A stretch of 45,668 nucleotides of DNA from Vitrella brassicaformis CCMP3155 (taxonomy: Eukaryota; Protista; Chromerida). The DNA is taken from positions 1 through 45,668 of the forward strand of contig CDMY01000595.1 in the NCBI GenBank assembly GCA_001179505.1, given 5' to 3'. The position numbers and the translations under genes are program-made. Positions 9,301 through 22,096 of this stretch are shown here, one piece after another. Under the pieces are notes generated by a model that was not told the origin of the DNA, made no database searches, and was given only the letters and a program-made list of their open reading frames with translations. Every line of letters starts with the position of its first letter. Positions within the stretch are counted from its first letter, which is position 1.

Positions 9301-12300
9301 GATGCTGTGTTTGTATGCCTCTACGCCTGTATGTTCTGTCTGTCTGTCTGTCTGTCTGAGGAGCCACTCACACACATACACACACACGCGCGCGCGCACC
9401 TTGCAGACCCTCACAGGCGCCGCTCTCTCTGCTCCACCACCACCACCACCAAAATTTCCGCCGCCCTTCAGCCCACCCCCAGTGCCGCTGGTAGTGTTAT
9501 TGTGAGGCGTGTAGGGTGCGGCAGTCCTGTCGCTCCCCGACGAGCCGCTCGCACTAGGGTTGGCGGTGCTGGTGCAGCTGCCGGATCCGTTAACCTTGTC
9601 GTTGTCTCCGTCGCAGACGTAGTGGCTGGTGGGCGACATGGCGATCGAGGAGGGGGGGCTGTCGCATGCCAGCGGGGACAGGTTGGGGAACCTGCTGCGA
9701 CGCTTTGGCGAGGGCGTCGGGAGCAGCCCGTTGGGGAAATGCGCTATCAGATCCTGTCACACACACATATCAGGTTTGAACGCCTGCGGGCGGTGCGTGT
9801 CACGACACACCGACCTGCAGCTCGAGAGAAGAGTCAGAGATCCCTCCAGGCGATAAAGGGGGCAGCGCTGATCGATCCAACAGAGAGCACCACACATGAC
9901 GACACACACGACCCACATAGGCGCACAGCACATGGGGCGTGTGTGTGGTGCCTCCCATAGCTGGCCTACAGATGGGCTGCGGGAGTGGGGGGTGCTGAGG
10001 CGACATCGGCGACGTCGGCGCCTCGACAGGCGACGGCAACGGGGGCTGCTCAAATGGCTGCAAACACACNNNNNNNNNNNNNNNNNNNNNNNNNNNNNNN
10101 NNNNNNNNNNNNNNNNNNNNNNNNNNNNNNNNNNNNNNNNNNNNNNNNNNNNNNNNNNNNNNNNNNNNNNNNNNNNNNNNNNNNNNNNNNNNNNNNNNNN
10201 NNNNNNNNNNNNNNNNNNNNNNNNNNNNNNNNNNNNNNNNNNNNNNNNNNNNNNNNNNNNNNNNNNNNNNNNNNNNNNNNNNNNNNNNNNNNNNNNNNNN
10301 NNNNNNNNNNNNNNNNNNNNNNNNNNNNNNNNNNNNNNNNNNNNNNNNNNNNNNNNNNNNNNNNNNNNNGCGATGGGTTGACGGCCTGTGGGGCGGGGCT
10401 GCGGGGGGCGGGGGAATGGCGCCGGTTGAAGAGCGCCGGCGGCTCGGGGGAGGAGGACGACATTGTCAGCCAGGGGGGCTCACTGATTGATGGAAGCATA
10501 TAGAGTGGATGTTGTCTTGACTTGTGTTAACGTGGGTGTTGCCCTGGTGTGTATACCCACCTTCTCTCTGCCTGGTCAGCAGCAGCCGTCTCTCGGTTTG
10601 CCCTGGTACTCCCGCCACCACTACCGCCAGGCACCCCCTCCCTCAGCCCCTCCCGTATGCCGTCCCGCTTGACAAAGTCCACAGCGAAGGGGTCCGCGCC
10701 GCGCATCCGCAGCGCGTCCTCGACGGCCATCTCGAGTCTGCGAGTGTTCTCGATGGTGAGGGGGTGGGGGGCGGGGGAGACGTTGGAGGTGGGGTGGGGG
10801 ATGTGTGTGATGGCTGGGGACGAGGCAGAGGCCGGCGGGAGGCCGGGAGGGTGAGGGTGGAGCGACTGATGCGAAACACACACACAGAGAAAGAGAAAGA
10901 GAGAGGGAGAGGGAGAGGGATGGGCAACGGAAAGCCGGCGTGTGTGTGTGTGGGGGGTCCTCACCCCTTTAGCAGCGGGTGACATCCGTGGCAGCTGCTC
11001 CAACAGCGGCAGCACTGGCACCGTCGTCACGCAGCACGACGGACAGACCGTCACCCCACAGTTGCGGCACACCACCCTCTCCTTGAACAGAGTGAACCCC
11101 GCCCCACACCCAACGCACTCGCCACACAAATGCGACGGAATAAAGAACGGCGGCAGGTCCGTGCCGCTCGTCGCGGCGCCCCAGAGGCCCTGTGAGCGGC
11201 GGGACAGGTAGGTCCGGGTCTCGGCGTCGAAGGCGGCTGCCACCTCTCTGTCGCCCTCTTTGGCGATGGCGGCCATGATGGCTGGCGAGGTGTGGTGCTT
11301 GACGCCGTTGGCAATGAGCACCGAGTGCAGGTGGAGGAGGGAGGGGAACTCGGGGTCGGCTGCACACCACACACACATGGATGGACACACAGAGAGAGAG
11401 AGATGCATGTGTGTGTGTGTGTGAGGGGTGTGGTCAGTCACCTTTGTACTCCTTGATGCTTGTGACCGCGCTGCGCTCGCACGCCGCCAGAATGTCGACA
11501 CTCTTGCCGCCCTTATTATAACCCACAGACACACACACATACACACCGCGACGTGCCCCCCTCTCTCCCCCAAACCCCTCCTCCACACGGAGTCACCTGC
11601 TTCAATGACATGGTGTCGCGCACCTGGGCGTGCAGGTCACACCCACGGTTGGCCTGGCACACAGACACACAGACAGACACAGACACAGACATGGTGCACC
11701 CATCTTGCGAGGCACACTCACACCCACACCCCCTCCACCCACCCACCCCACGCACCAGAATGGCGATCGTCCTGATGTCTCGTCGGGCGGCCGCCTCAAA
11801 GAGTGGCGACCAGTGGGACCGGTCGTTCTGCTACACACACCACACATGGGGGAGTGCACACACCACACACATCCATTGGGCGCGGCGCGGATGAGCACTT
11901 GGCTGGCTGCATCGCATCCATGCCTGGTCGGGGTTGGTGCCGGTGAAGTAGAGCAGCAGCAACACGATCAACGCGTGACCCTGCAGCACACACCACACCA
12001 CACCACACCGACAGAGAGAAAGAGAAAGACTAAAACAGTGCGTGTGTCGTTGGGGTATACTGGTAAGCCGCTCGCTGACCTTGAAGGCGGCGACGTGGAG
12101 GGGCGTCCAGCCGTACTCGCAGTCTCTGTGCGTGGGGTCGGCACCGCACTCGAGCAACGTGAACACCAGACAGGCGTCGCCTGCACAGCACAGCACACAC
12201 AGACGAGGGAGTGGACAAGATAAGCTTAATGCCGAGATAGAACCGTACGCATGGCGCACACACAGCACACCCACCGGTCATGACGGCCAGGTGCAGGGGC

Positions 12301-13716
12301 GAGAGGCCCCAGGCATTCTCGGCAGACAGGTCGAACACACCCTGACCAACACGACCAGCACCAAGCAGCCCGACACGCACACAGCACACAGGCCGATGGA
12401 GCCGAGCCAGTGTGTCTGTCATGCACACACACAACGCACCGGGAAGACTTCAAGCAAGAAGCGCAGGATGTCCGCGGGGCCGGCGTGGGCGTGCAGCGCA
12501 CGGCGCCTCTGCAGTGCAGCACCACAGACAGCATGAAGGCAGGCATCTTATCTTCCGGCATGGCGTGTGTGGGGAGGGAGACTGACTGACTGACTGACCG
12601 TTTTGGGTTTGCAGAGGAGGTGCAGGAGGCTGTCGTGCTTGCAGGGGGTGCGGTAGGCACCCAACGACACCCCACCATCTTTGACACAACGCAACGCAAC
12701 GACACACCACACAGGTGCAGTGCAGCGCACGCCGCGCATCGCATCCATCGCATCTGCCACTCTCTCTGTGTGTGGTGTGGTGTGGTGTGTATGCTCGCTC
12801 TCTCCCTCACCGGCAGTGTGTCGCGCGGCCAGTGTGCGGACGAGGTCCTCATCGCCCGACGTGCAGGCAGTGGCCCAGAGAGAGAGGGACGCCTCATTCT
12901 CTGACACACACACACACACAGAGGCACACACACAGACAGAGGCAGGAGATGCTGACCNNNNNNNNNNNNNNNNNNNNNNNNNNNNNNNNNNNNNNNNNNN
13001 NNNNNNNNNNNNNNNNNNNNNNNNNNNNNNNNNNNNNNNNNNNNNNNNNNNNNNNNNNNNNNNNNNNNNNNNNNNNNNNNNNNNNNNNNNNNNNNNNNNN
13101 NNNNNNNNNNNNNNNNNNNNNNNNNNNNNNNNNNNNNNNNNNNNNNNNNNNNNNNNNNNNNNNNNNNNNNNNNNNNNNNNNNNNNNNNNNNNNNNNNNNN
13201 NNNNNNNNNNNNNNNNNNNNNNNNNNNNNNNNNNNNNNNNNNNNNNNNNNNNNNNNNGGGGGGGGGGGGGGGGTGTGGTGTTTGTGTGACTGACCTGAGA
13301 TGAGCAGCAGGGACGGGTCAGCTTTGGGGACGCTGTGTGTGGCCAGCATGACGTAGCGGTCCACGCGCTTGTGGCACAGCGCGTCAAACAACCTGCATCA
13401 CGCAATGGGTGTGCGCAGCGCAGGATGTCGCGGCTGCTGTGCTGAGTGCTGAGTGCTGACTTGTTCTTGTATCGTTTCGGGCTCCACGCCACGCCAAAGG
13501 TCTCCTGCAGCCTCTCAAGCTCACCCAAGCTGAAACGTCCTCTCTCGGCCATCCTCTTGGCGGCGTCGTGGCTCCAGGACACCCTGCCGCCGACTCTCTG
13601 GTCTGCCTGGTGGCCATTGGTGGTGCTGTTTGCAGGTGAGCTGTCGTCCTCTGTGTCGGTGAAGGGCTCATCGAAGTGCGCCACGATTGCATCGGAAATG
13701 AAAGCGTCAAATGCTG

Positions 13717-13758
<42 letters not shown>

Positions 13759-16700
13759 TGTGCGGCCGCGGGCACCACACGAGCACGGCAAACACGCCTG
13801 CCTACCGGCCTCCTCCCCGCCGATGACCTCGACCCTTTGTGTGTGGTGGAGGTGTGTGGGGGAGTTGGTGGCGGTGGTGGTGGTGCAGTGGTGCTCCTGC
13901 TCGCCCTCGGAAGGGTCGTGCGGCTGCGTCAGGTGGGGCGGCAACGAGGGACGGGCTGCACACGGACAATGGATGCAGCAACCAACATCCACCAGTGCAT
14001 GTGTGTGTGTGTGTGTGTGTGTGTGCTTACGGCCGTGCTGCCGCATGGTCTTGAACCACATAATCTCCTCCTCCAGTCGTTTGAGCAGCTTGGCCAGTGC
14101 GGCGTTGCCCTTGGCGATGTGCCTGGCCAGCTGGCCGGTGGACGTGCGGATGAGGGGGTCCGCGCCGCCGTCGATGAAGACCACACCGCACTCGTAGGAG
14201 CTCGCGTGGCTGCTAACACAGGGAGAGGGACAGAGAGAGGGACTCCTGGACAGATCGCTCACGTGTGCGTGTGCGTGAAGCTTTCTTGTGTGTGTTGGCT
14301 GTCCCTCCACCCTCTCTCTCTCCCTCTGTGTGCTCTGTGTGTGTGGGGGGATGTTTCCAGCCCAGCCCACCAAGCGAGCATCAGCGGGGTCCAGGCCTGG
14401 ACGCCCCCTCTCAGGTTCATATCAAACACCGACACACACCCTCCCCCTCCCCCTCCTCCGTCACCACCACCGCTGCCGCTGCCGCCGTCGGTGCGTCCAT
14501 GTTGGTGCTGGCAGTCCCCCTTGGTGCAAGCCGGGTGCGACCTGTTCCACTGCACGGCAAACGACACTGCGCGGTGCTGCGACCGGCGCGCGGCCATGTG
14601 CAGAGGCGTCCAGTGCTCTGAACCAACCACCCATCCCACAAACAGAGAGAGAGAGCATGACGCAGACACACACAAAGGGAGAGAGGGTGAGGGTGAGGGT
14701 GACGGAGAGGGAGGGTGTGTTGGGTCAGGCAGGTCACTAGCTACCGCAGTTGGCCTGGTTGCATCTGACGCCCGCGCCGAGGAGCATCCGTGCGATGGCC
14801 TCAGAGGTCTTGCGCTCCCCGGCGTTGTAGACGGAGAAGAGCACGTGCAGGGCGTTGTTGCCCTCGCTGTCCACCACTACCACATTCGCACCCGCCCTGC
14901 ACGTGTCGCAACACACACAGAGAGAGTGGGAGGGAGCAACAAAGGCATCAGCAAGGTGGGGCGTGGGGGGAAGGGTACTTGAGCAGCGCCGCCACGAGGT
15001 GTCTATCGAAGTTGGCCACGGCCACGTGCAGTGGGCTGCCGTAGACACCCGCTCCTTCGCTCACATTGCCCCCCGCCTGATTGATGATCGGACCCACACA
15101 CACCACAGCACAACACATCAGATGTGATCTGTGTGCCACAGCGGACGGCTTTTGATGGATGGATGGATGGATGCCAGCCTTACGGACCTTGATCATGCGC
15201 TTGACGAGCTCCACGTTCTGGTTCTGTGTGGCGATGGTCAAGGCCGACAGCTGGTTGTCGCTCTGCGAAGCGTTGAGCTGCCATACCACATAAAATAACA
15301 CCACACACACACACACAACACTTATACAGAGAGATGCAATCAGGATAGTGGCACGGCACGCACCAGAATGAATCGTCTGTCCCTCAGGAGAGCGTACGCC
15401 ACGCCCATGTCGTTGTTGCGCACGGCGAAGTGCAGCCGCGTGCAGTGGCGCCGATCGGTTCCTGCGCCCATAACCACATCCATCCATCCATCTGTGGGTG
15501 TGTGTGTGTGCGTGTGTGTACCATTGACGTCGAATGGCTTCTCCGACAGCTGCCCGACAAAGTCGATAAACCCGATGTGCGGACCATCCCACGACCGCAA
15601 CACCTCACTGTTGACACACACACACCATGTGATGTTGGCCGTCACTCAGTGTGTGTCTGTGTGTCTGTTTGTGTGTGTGCGTGTGTGTGGCCGGCTACCG
15701 ACCGTATCTTCTTGAGCAGCGACGCCGCGGTCTCGTCCCCCTTACGGGCTGAGAGGTTGCGCGGCAGCGGCGGGCTCACATACCTGTTTGGTCCAGACAC
15801 ACAAGCGTGCTTTGTCTGCTCACATGGCTCGCCGATGGATGGATGGATGAATGGATGGATGGCGTCGCCCCACCTGAGCCACTCAGTGGCGAGTTCCTGC
15901 AGCTCGAGCCGCGCGATGCTCGTGGGCAGCTCCTCAAGATAATCTGATACATGCATGGAGTGGAGGGCATCACACACACACATGGGCCGGGCCGACGTGG
16001 TTGATCGAGTTGTTGGCGCACAGTATGATATCAACTCAACCATCACACAATTGAATTGCTCTCTTACTGCTGTGTATGCCGAGCCCCCTGAGCCGCGGCG
16101 CGTTGCCAATGTCGACAGGCAGCTCGCTCAGCTGACACACGACAGACACAGACACACAGACATGGATGGATAAATGGATGGATGGCCCGCCCCGTGTCGT
16201 GTGTGCGCATCAGTGAGTGGTGCTAGAGGTCACCGACCCACTCACCATATTGATGTTGGCCTTGAGTGTGGTCAGGTTCTCCATCCGAACCATGGCGTCG
16301 GGCAGCTCCCGGAGCTTGTTCTGCGAGACGTCGAGGTGCTTCAGGTGGCGCAAACGAAGCTGCAACCAACCACACAGGAAATGTGCTCTCGCGTATGTGT
16401 GTGTATGGCCGTGTGTGTGTGTGTGTGTGTGTGTGCAGACCAGTGCGTTGGGCAGTTCCTGCAGCTTGTTGTCGACCATGGCGAGGCTCTCGAGGCACCT
16501 GAGCTCGAGAATCTCCTCTGGGAAGACGCACAGCTGGTTGCGGGACAGCGACAGACTCAGTAGGGTGTCGTAGACAGGCTGCAAAACCTGTTTGTTTGTG
16601 TCGACATCGCCAGTCCACCACCACACAGAGAGAGAGAGTCCATCCATCCATTGATTCACATCACAAACTTCACACCGAAGTGACTGACCCGTTGTGGGAT

Positions 16701-17050
16701 TGCCTGCAGTTGGTTGTCGGCGAGCGACACGCTGCGGATGCCCCGTGTGTCGGTGAAGAACTGCGGGATCAGCACCTTCAGCCCTCGCTTGTCCAGTGAC
16801 AGCACCTCGCCGCGACCGCCGTTGCTGCCCCCAGAACCGCCGCGATTATGACCACCTGCAGTGCAGGGCAAGCAATGTGCAAGACAGACAGACAGACAGA
16901 CAGACAAACAGGCAGTCAGGCGGTCAGGCAGGCAGGCAGGCAGCGAGAGGGTGTCTGTGTTGGTTTTGGTTGCTTACTTGTGGTGGTGTGGCTGTGTGAG
17001 GATGCCGCCGACCTCCAGCTGGACGAGTCCAAATCGTCGGCCATGGCCAT
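9170..17050 (-). CDS. Large LRR + ankyrin-repeat + atypical FYVE-finger protein; more than 25 exons, two gaps inside
   Basis: ATG 17050 (MAMADDLDSS). LRRs: SVSLADNQLQAIP, SLSLSRNQLCVFPEEI, HLDVSQNKLRELPDAM. Ankyrin motifs: GSPLHVAV, GNNALHVLF, WTPLHMAA, GLSPLHLAV, GWTPLHVAA, WSPLFEAA. FYVE-like: CGECVGCGAGFTLFKERVVCRNCGVTVCPSCC ... PVRVCKVC. Stop TAG at 9170-9172 (last exon end less certain). Confidence 0.85.
10070..10369. other. Assembly gap (exactly 300 N)
   Basis: Run of N inside the LRR-ANK-FYVE gene. Confidence 0.99.
12958..13257. other. Assembly gap (exactly 300 N), poly-G on the right flank
   Basis: Run of N. The flanking exons (..LLLIS g| and |ag NEAS..) are phase-compatible, so the gap is probably intronic. 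Confidence 0.99.
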
Positions 17051-17591
17051 ATATACTACACACCGATACGCCGACCGGCGCACAGACAAACCGCCGCCCT
17101 CTCTCTCCTTTGCCCTCCCTCCCCTCTGCAGGGGGGCACACTATCAAACCAAAACCTGCCTTGTCAAATCTTGCCGGCAGCAGCTGCAGCAGCGCTATCA
17201 ACAGAGTCTGGCGCGAATAAGCGGCTCCCTCATAGCCCCTCACTCCCTCCCTCAGCCACTCACCAGCCGACCGACGGTACAGACAGACAGTCTCTGTTTT
17301 TGTCCTCTCGTTGCCTCACACGCCGTCGGCCCGTCTTGCTGATCCTGCGGCGGGTGGGGCCTGGTCCTTTGTGTCGCTTGTCTGCGGGCTTAGCTCGCAG
17401 ACTGCGAGCCGAGAAACGGGAGGGGAGAGGCGGCGACCGGGGGATCTTTTGGGGAGAGGGAAAAGCGGCGGCCTCGCCCGGAAAGCACATTGTGTGCCGA
17501 TTCATCGACAATGAATGGATAGCCCCCGGCGTCTCATCTGAGGGTGTCCCTTCGTCTCTCAGTGGCGTGACAGTCATCATCATCCGGATCC
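17051..17591. promoter_or_regulatory. Putative bidirectional promoter / 5' UTRs between head-to-head genes
   Basis: 541 bp between ATG 17050 (-) and ATG 17592 (+); largely free of microsatellites. Confidence 0.55.
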
Positions 17592-20226
17592 ATGGCGCTG
17601 GAGAAGGTGTTTGAAGACCCCCTGTGGTCAGAGATATACTATGGCCGCGCCTATGACACAGGTGAGGTGAGTGACAGACAGCCGGCCGGCCGAATTCTCC
17701 ATCATCCATCCATCCATCTGTATGCCTGTGTGTGTGAGTGTCTGTGTGTGTTAGGCGAGCGTCTGTCTGTCACGTCGGCGCAGACCTTCCGCGATGCCCT
17801 CGCGTCTCAGAACGGCCGGGTGCCGACGGTGCTGTCGCTTTCAAACGTGCAGCTGGGGGTCAATGCGGTGGCCAGGTACGGGACGGGAGACGATGAGACG
17901 AGCACACGTCGATGCGATCGATGATCGTCGATGTGTGGGTGGTATGAGATGAGTGTGTGTAGGCTTGCGGGCGCCGTTGAGAAGGAGAGAGACGCCGAGG
18001 AGACAGCGGGCGGGGCTAAGCGACAGTTTAGACGGGTGGACCTCAGTGGCAACATGATTGGTATGTCGGGTGGTCGTCGGACGAAAGAGAGGGAGGGACA
18101 AATCGACCTCGTGTGTGTGAGTCATTTCCCCCATCCATCAGGTGATTTCGGCATCCATGCAGTCCGCGCCTTGCTGGCCAAGCTGAGGGGCGTCAAGTCG
18201 CTCAACCTCGCCAACAACGGGCTGGGCGAAGACGGAGCGCGGTGGGCACACACCACAGACAACTGGCTGGGTGACATGTAGAGTACGCCTGCTGTCTGTG
18301 GTGTCTGTGGTGTGTGCAGGGAGTTGGGTGAGGAGCTGCAGACCAACAGGGACCTGGAAGCGCTGCAGCTTGGCGAGAGGGAGAAGGGGCTCAAGGCAAA
18401 CGCCATCGGCAACAGAGGCCTGGAACACCTCACAGAAGGACTGCGGGAGGTGCCTAGCCTATATCTCACCCCCAGGCCCCAGCACCATGTGTCTGTGTGG
18501 GCTGGTGGGTGTGGCCACCGTGCAGACCTACACTTTGCAGAGCCTGTCTCTTTGCCACAACAACATCACGGAGGCTGGTGGTGAGATGATATCCCGTCTG
18601 CTGAGGCAGACGCCGTCCATCGCCGTCCTAGACCTCACAGGCAACCAACTCAACTCCGACGTACCCACCACAAAGACAACACAACACACCGCACCACAAC
18701 AAGCATACAACAGCGCCCTCCCTCCCTCTCTCCCTCCCTCTCTCTCTCGTAGGGTGTGATAGCCTTCCTGCCCTACGCCTCCCAGCTGCGTGTGTTAGAC
18801 CTGAGCAGCACGGGCATCTACGGCCCCGCCATCGAGAAGGCACTCTGCTACCTCTTGAGAGAGACACGCGCACTCGCCAACCTGTCGCTGGCCAAGAACC
18901 AGATCGAGGCCAAGCCGATGAGGCGGATCGCCAAGTGTGTCGCCGAGTGCGCCACACTGGAAGTGCTTAGTATGGAGGTAAGAGGTGTGCGTGTGGGCGT
19001 GGCTGCTGTGTGTTATTAGGGGGGGAGGGGTAGGGGGGCTCATCCGCGCCTTTCTGTCTATTGTGCTGTGTCCAGGGGACGAAGATCGAGGCTTCGGGTG
19101 TGGCGGCGCTGTGTGGACACCTGGCCGTGCCAGAGGGGGTGGCAGGGGTAGCAGGGGTGTCGCCTGAGCCTCAGTCGGCCGCCACGCCCACTCAGCCCCA
19201 CTGTGCTCTGACCTCTCTGGACCTCAGCGATCTCGCCATCACGTCAGTATGTGTGTCTCCCCCCGTGTGTGTGTGAGTGCAGTTTGATGTCTATCTATCT
19301 GTGTGTGGTGTGTGTGTGCCTTTCAGTGACCGGTCGACGCTGTGCACCCTGGCTGCCGCCCTGCCGCACAGCGCACTCACGACGCTCAAGCTCAACAGAA
19401 ACGCCATTGCAGACGCCGGATGCAGAGAGATCGCCATGGTACTCTCACACACACACACACACACACACAGAGAGGCAGCGAGAGCGAGAGAGAGAGACAG
19501 AGAGTATGAGCCGTGAATGAAGAATGTGTGTGTGTGTCAGGCGTTGGATTTGTCTCAGCACTTAGGCACTCCTCTGCGTGTGCTCGAGATGAGCTCCTGC
19601 AGACTGACCGAGGTCGGAGTTTTGCACCTGCTGGTCTGTGTACAGGACAACCCCACCTTCAGGGTACAATACAATCCAATCGACGGCCATCCATCTCTCT
19701 GTGTGAGCGTGTGTGTGCTGGGCCGTGTGTGTGTGTGTGTGTGTCTTGTCTTTAGGTGTTGCGCCTGGCGGACAACTTTCTGAGTGCCAATTGCGAGGCC
19801 GAGCTGCTCGAAGCCGTCAACCAGAACGAGCATCTGCAGGAGGTACGTCTCTCTCTCTCTGTCTCTCTCTCTCTGTGTGTGTGTGCGTGCGTGTGTGTCT
19901 GTCAATCAGTGAGTCAATGTGTGTATGGTATGCAGCTGCGGTTGACGGGCTGCCGCATCTCCCACTCGTGCCTCGGCCGAATCGCTAAAGTAAGCGATTG
20001 ACAACCACACACAGACAGACAAACACAGACAGACACACAGACACACAGACAGAGAGAGAGAGAGAGAGGAACAGCACAGAGCGATGTGGCTTGCTTCTCT
20101 GTCCTGTGTGTGGTGTGTGGTGTGTTCAGGTTTGCCAGCGCAACGTCAGGAAAGCCGCCGCAGAGGAGCCCGCCAGACTCAAGGTGCGAGAGCGTCGACA
20201 CACCCAAACCTCACCCACCTCTGCTG

Positions 20227-20260
<34 letters not shown>

Positions 20261-21127
20261 TGTCTGTGTGTGTGTGCAGGTTGAGATCAATCGCCTCTCC
20301 CAGCAGCAAGAAAAGCTCCGAGAGCTGGAAGCAGGCACGCCCTCACACTCGCACTCGCTGTCCGAGCTTGTGTGTGTGTGTGCGGCTAAACAGAGATAGC
20401 CTCAGAGGAGCAGCACATCACCGCATCAGAGCTGCGCCGCTTCGAGCTCGAGACGCAGCAGAAACGCCTTCAGGGCGGGGAGACCGCCAAGTGCAACCAG
20501 GCAGGCAATAACGGGCCACTCACACACACACACACACAGCCTTCCTCCCATGTGTCGACCTTCAGCTGGAGAAGACTGTCGACGCAGAGCTCAAGAGCCT
20601 CGCCACGCAGCGCTCCGTGCTCAAGCAGCAGAAGGTGATGAGCTACTCAGTTGCCCATGTGTGTGTGGATGGATGGATGGATGGATGGAGAGGTGCAGGA
20701 GATGTTGGCGACGGCCACAACTGCCTATGACGAGCAGCTCACGGCCCTCAAGAAGGAAGTGCAGAAAGAGGTAAATCCGCGAGAGTGACTGACACATCGC
20801 CTACACTCTCTCTCTCCCTCTGTGTGTGTGTGTGTGTGTGTCTAGGAGGAGCGTCTCAGTGGGCTGCAGCAGAAAGCCAAGGCGGCCGAAGCTACCTTTG
20901 ACAAGAGGAAGCAAGACCACCCAAACGAGGCAAGCAGCCCCACCACCACCACCACCACCCTTTCCCCCTCCCTCTCTCCATGCCATGTGTGTGTGTGTTT
21001 GCAGATGGCGTCATCGCGCGAGAGGCTCAAGGACATCGAGCAGCAGGACGCCGATTTCCAGGAGAGAGCAACGGAATACAGACAGGACCTCAGACAACGA
21101 CAGGAGGCGGAGGGCGCACGGGCCTGA
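17592..21127 (+). CDS. RNI-like leucine-rich-repeat protein with C-terminal coiled coil; 19 exons
   Basis: LRR units: RRVDLSGNMIGDFG, KSLNLANNGLGEDGA, QSLSLCHNNITEAGG, ANLSLAKNQIEAKP, TTLKLNRNAIADAGC. Heptad-like tail: LEKTVDAELKSLATQRSVLKQQKEMLATATTAYDEQLTALKKEVQKE. Stop TGA at 21125-21127. Three GC-AG introns are needed to keep the frame. Confidence 0.88.
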
Positions 21128-21522
21128 TGTTGCAGGCAGACACACGGGGGGAGAGGCAAGGCATATGTGTGTGTGTGTTGTGTTGTGTTGCGGCCTTAAA
21201 TTTCCCGGGGGATTGGCTCAGCTGGCAGCCGGCCACACTTCATGTGACCTCTCTCTCTCTCTCTCTCTGTCTCTGTATGTGTGTCTCACTCGGGAGCGAC
21301 GGGCGAATTGGTCTTGTCTGTTTGTGTCATGGATCACACACACATAACATCGATCATGAGTGCCAAAGAGGACACAGAACCGACTTACTTGGCACAAAAC
21401 CAACACACACACATACCCCCCCTCCCCCCACACACCTGCCTGCCTCTAGAAAACTCGATCACATCACATCACGGCCATAACTGCATGCCTATCAACACAC
21501 ACACACACACACCACCACATTG

Positions 21523-22065
21523 TCAACCCCGCTGGCCTTTGGCATTATCATGACGGTGGTCACCCTTCAGCCCCCGCCACCCCCCGCCCTCCAGAAATGG
21601 CGCCTGCCTGCGATACCCCCCGCCATCGCCATCCCCCCTCCCTCCCACCCCACTCTCCCCGCCTCCCTGACCGCCTTTAGTGGGGGATGGACGGCGGATG
21701 GCAAAGAAGGAGGCTACCATTGTGGCGCCCATGATGCCGCCGGTGAGGTAATATGGGAGGTAGGAGAAGCTGTGTGCGGTGCTGTAGAGGGGCAGGCCGA
21801 CGTTGACCGAGGATTCTTCGGTGAACAGGGCAGCTGCGAGATATATGGCAGAGGGGCAGAGGGACAGAGGGTGGGTTTGGGGAGGTGTTCTGATTGGATC
21901 CATATGAATGATCTGTTGTCTTACTGACTTGTGAGGAAGGAGGTGACGATCTTGCCGGCCTGGCTCATCGTCAGGTGGACGGCGAGCAAGACACCCATGT
22001 AAGGCGACCCCGCACAGGCTCGGGTCATCAACACTGCACCAGACCCCCCCACAGCACACGTGGGG

Positions 22066-22096
<31 letters not shown>

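Noticed and set aside
21290-21330. ATGA-N11-AA-N22-GA pattern downstream of the MFS gene (minus strand), a possible SECIS for the in-frame UGA
   Set aside because: The two sides of the would-be helix II (cacaaacagac versus gtcgctccc) do not base-pair; only the spacing matches.
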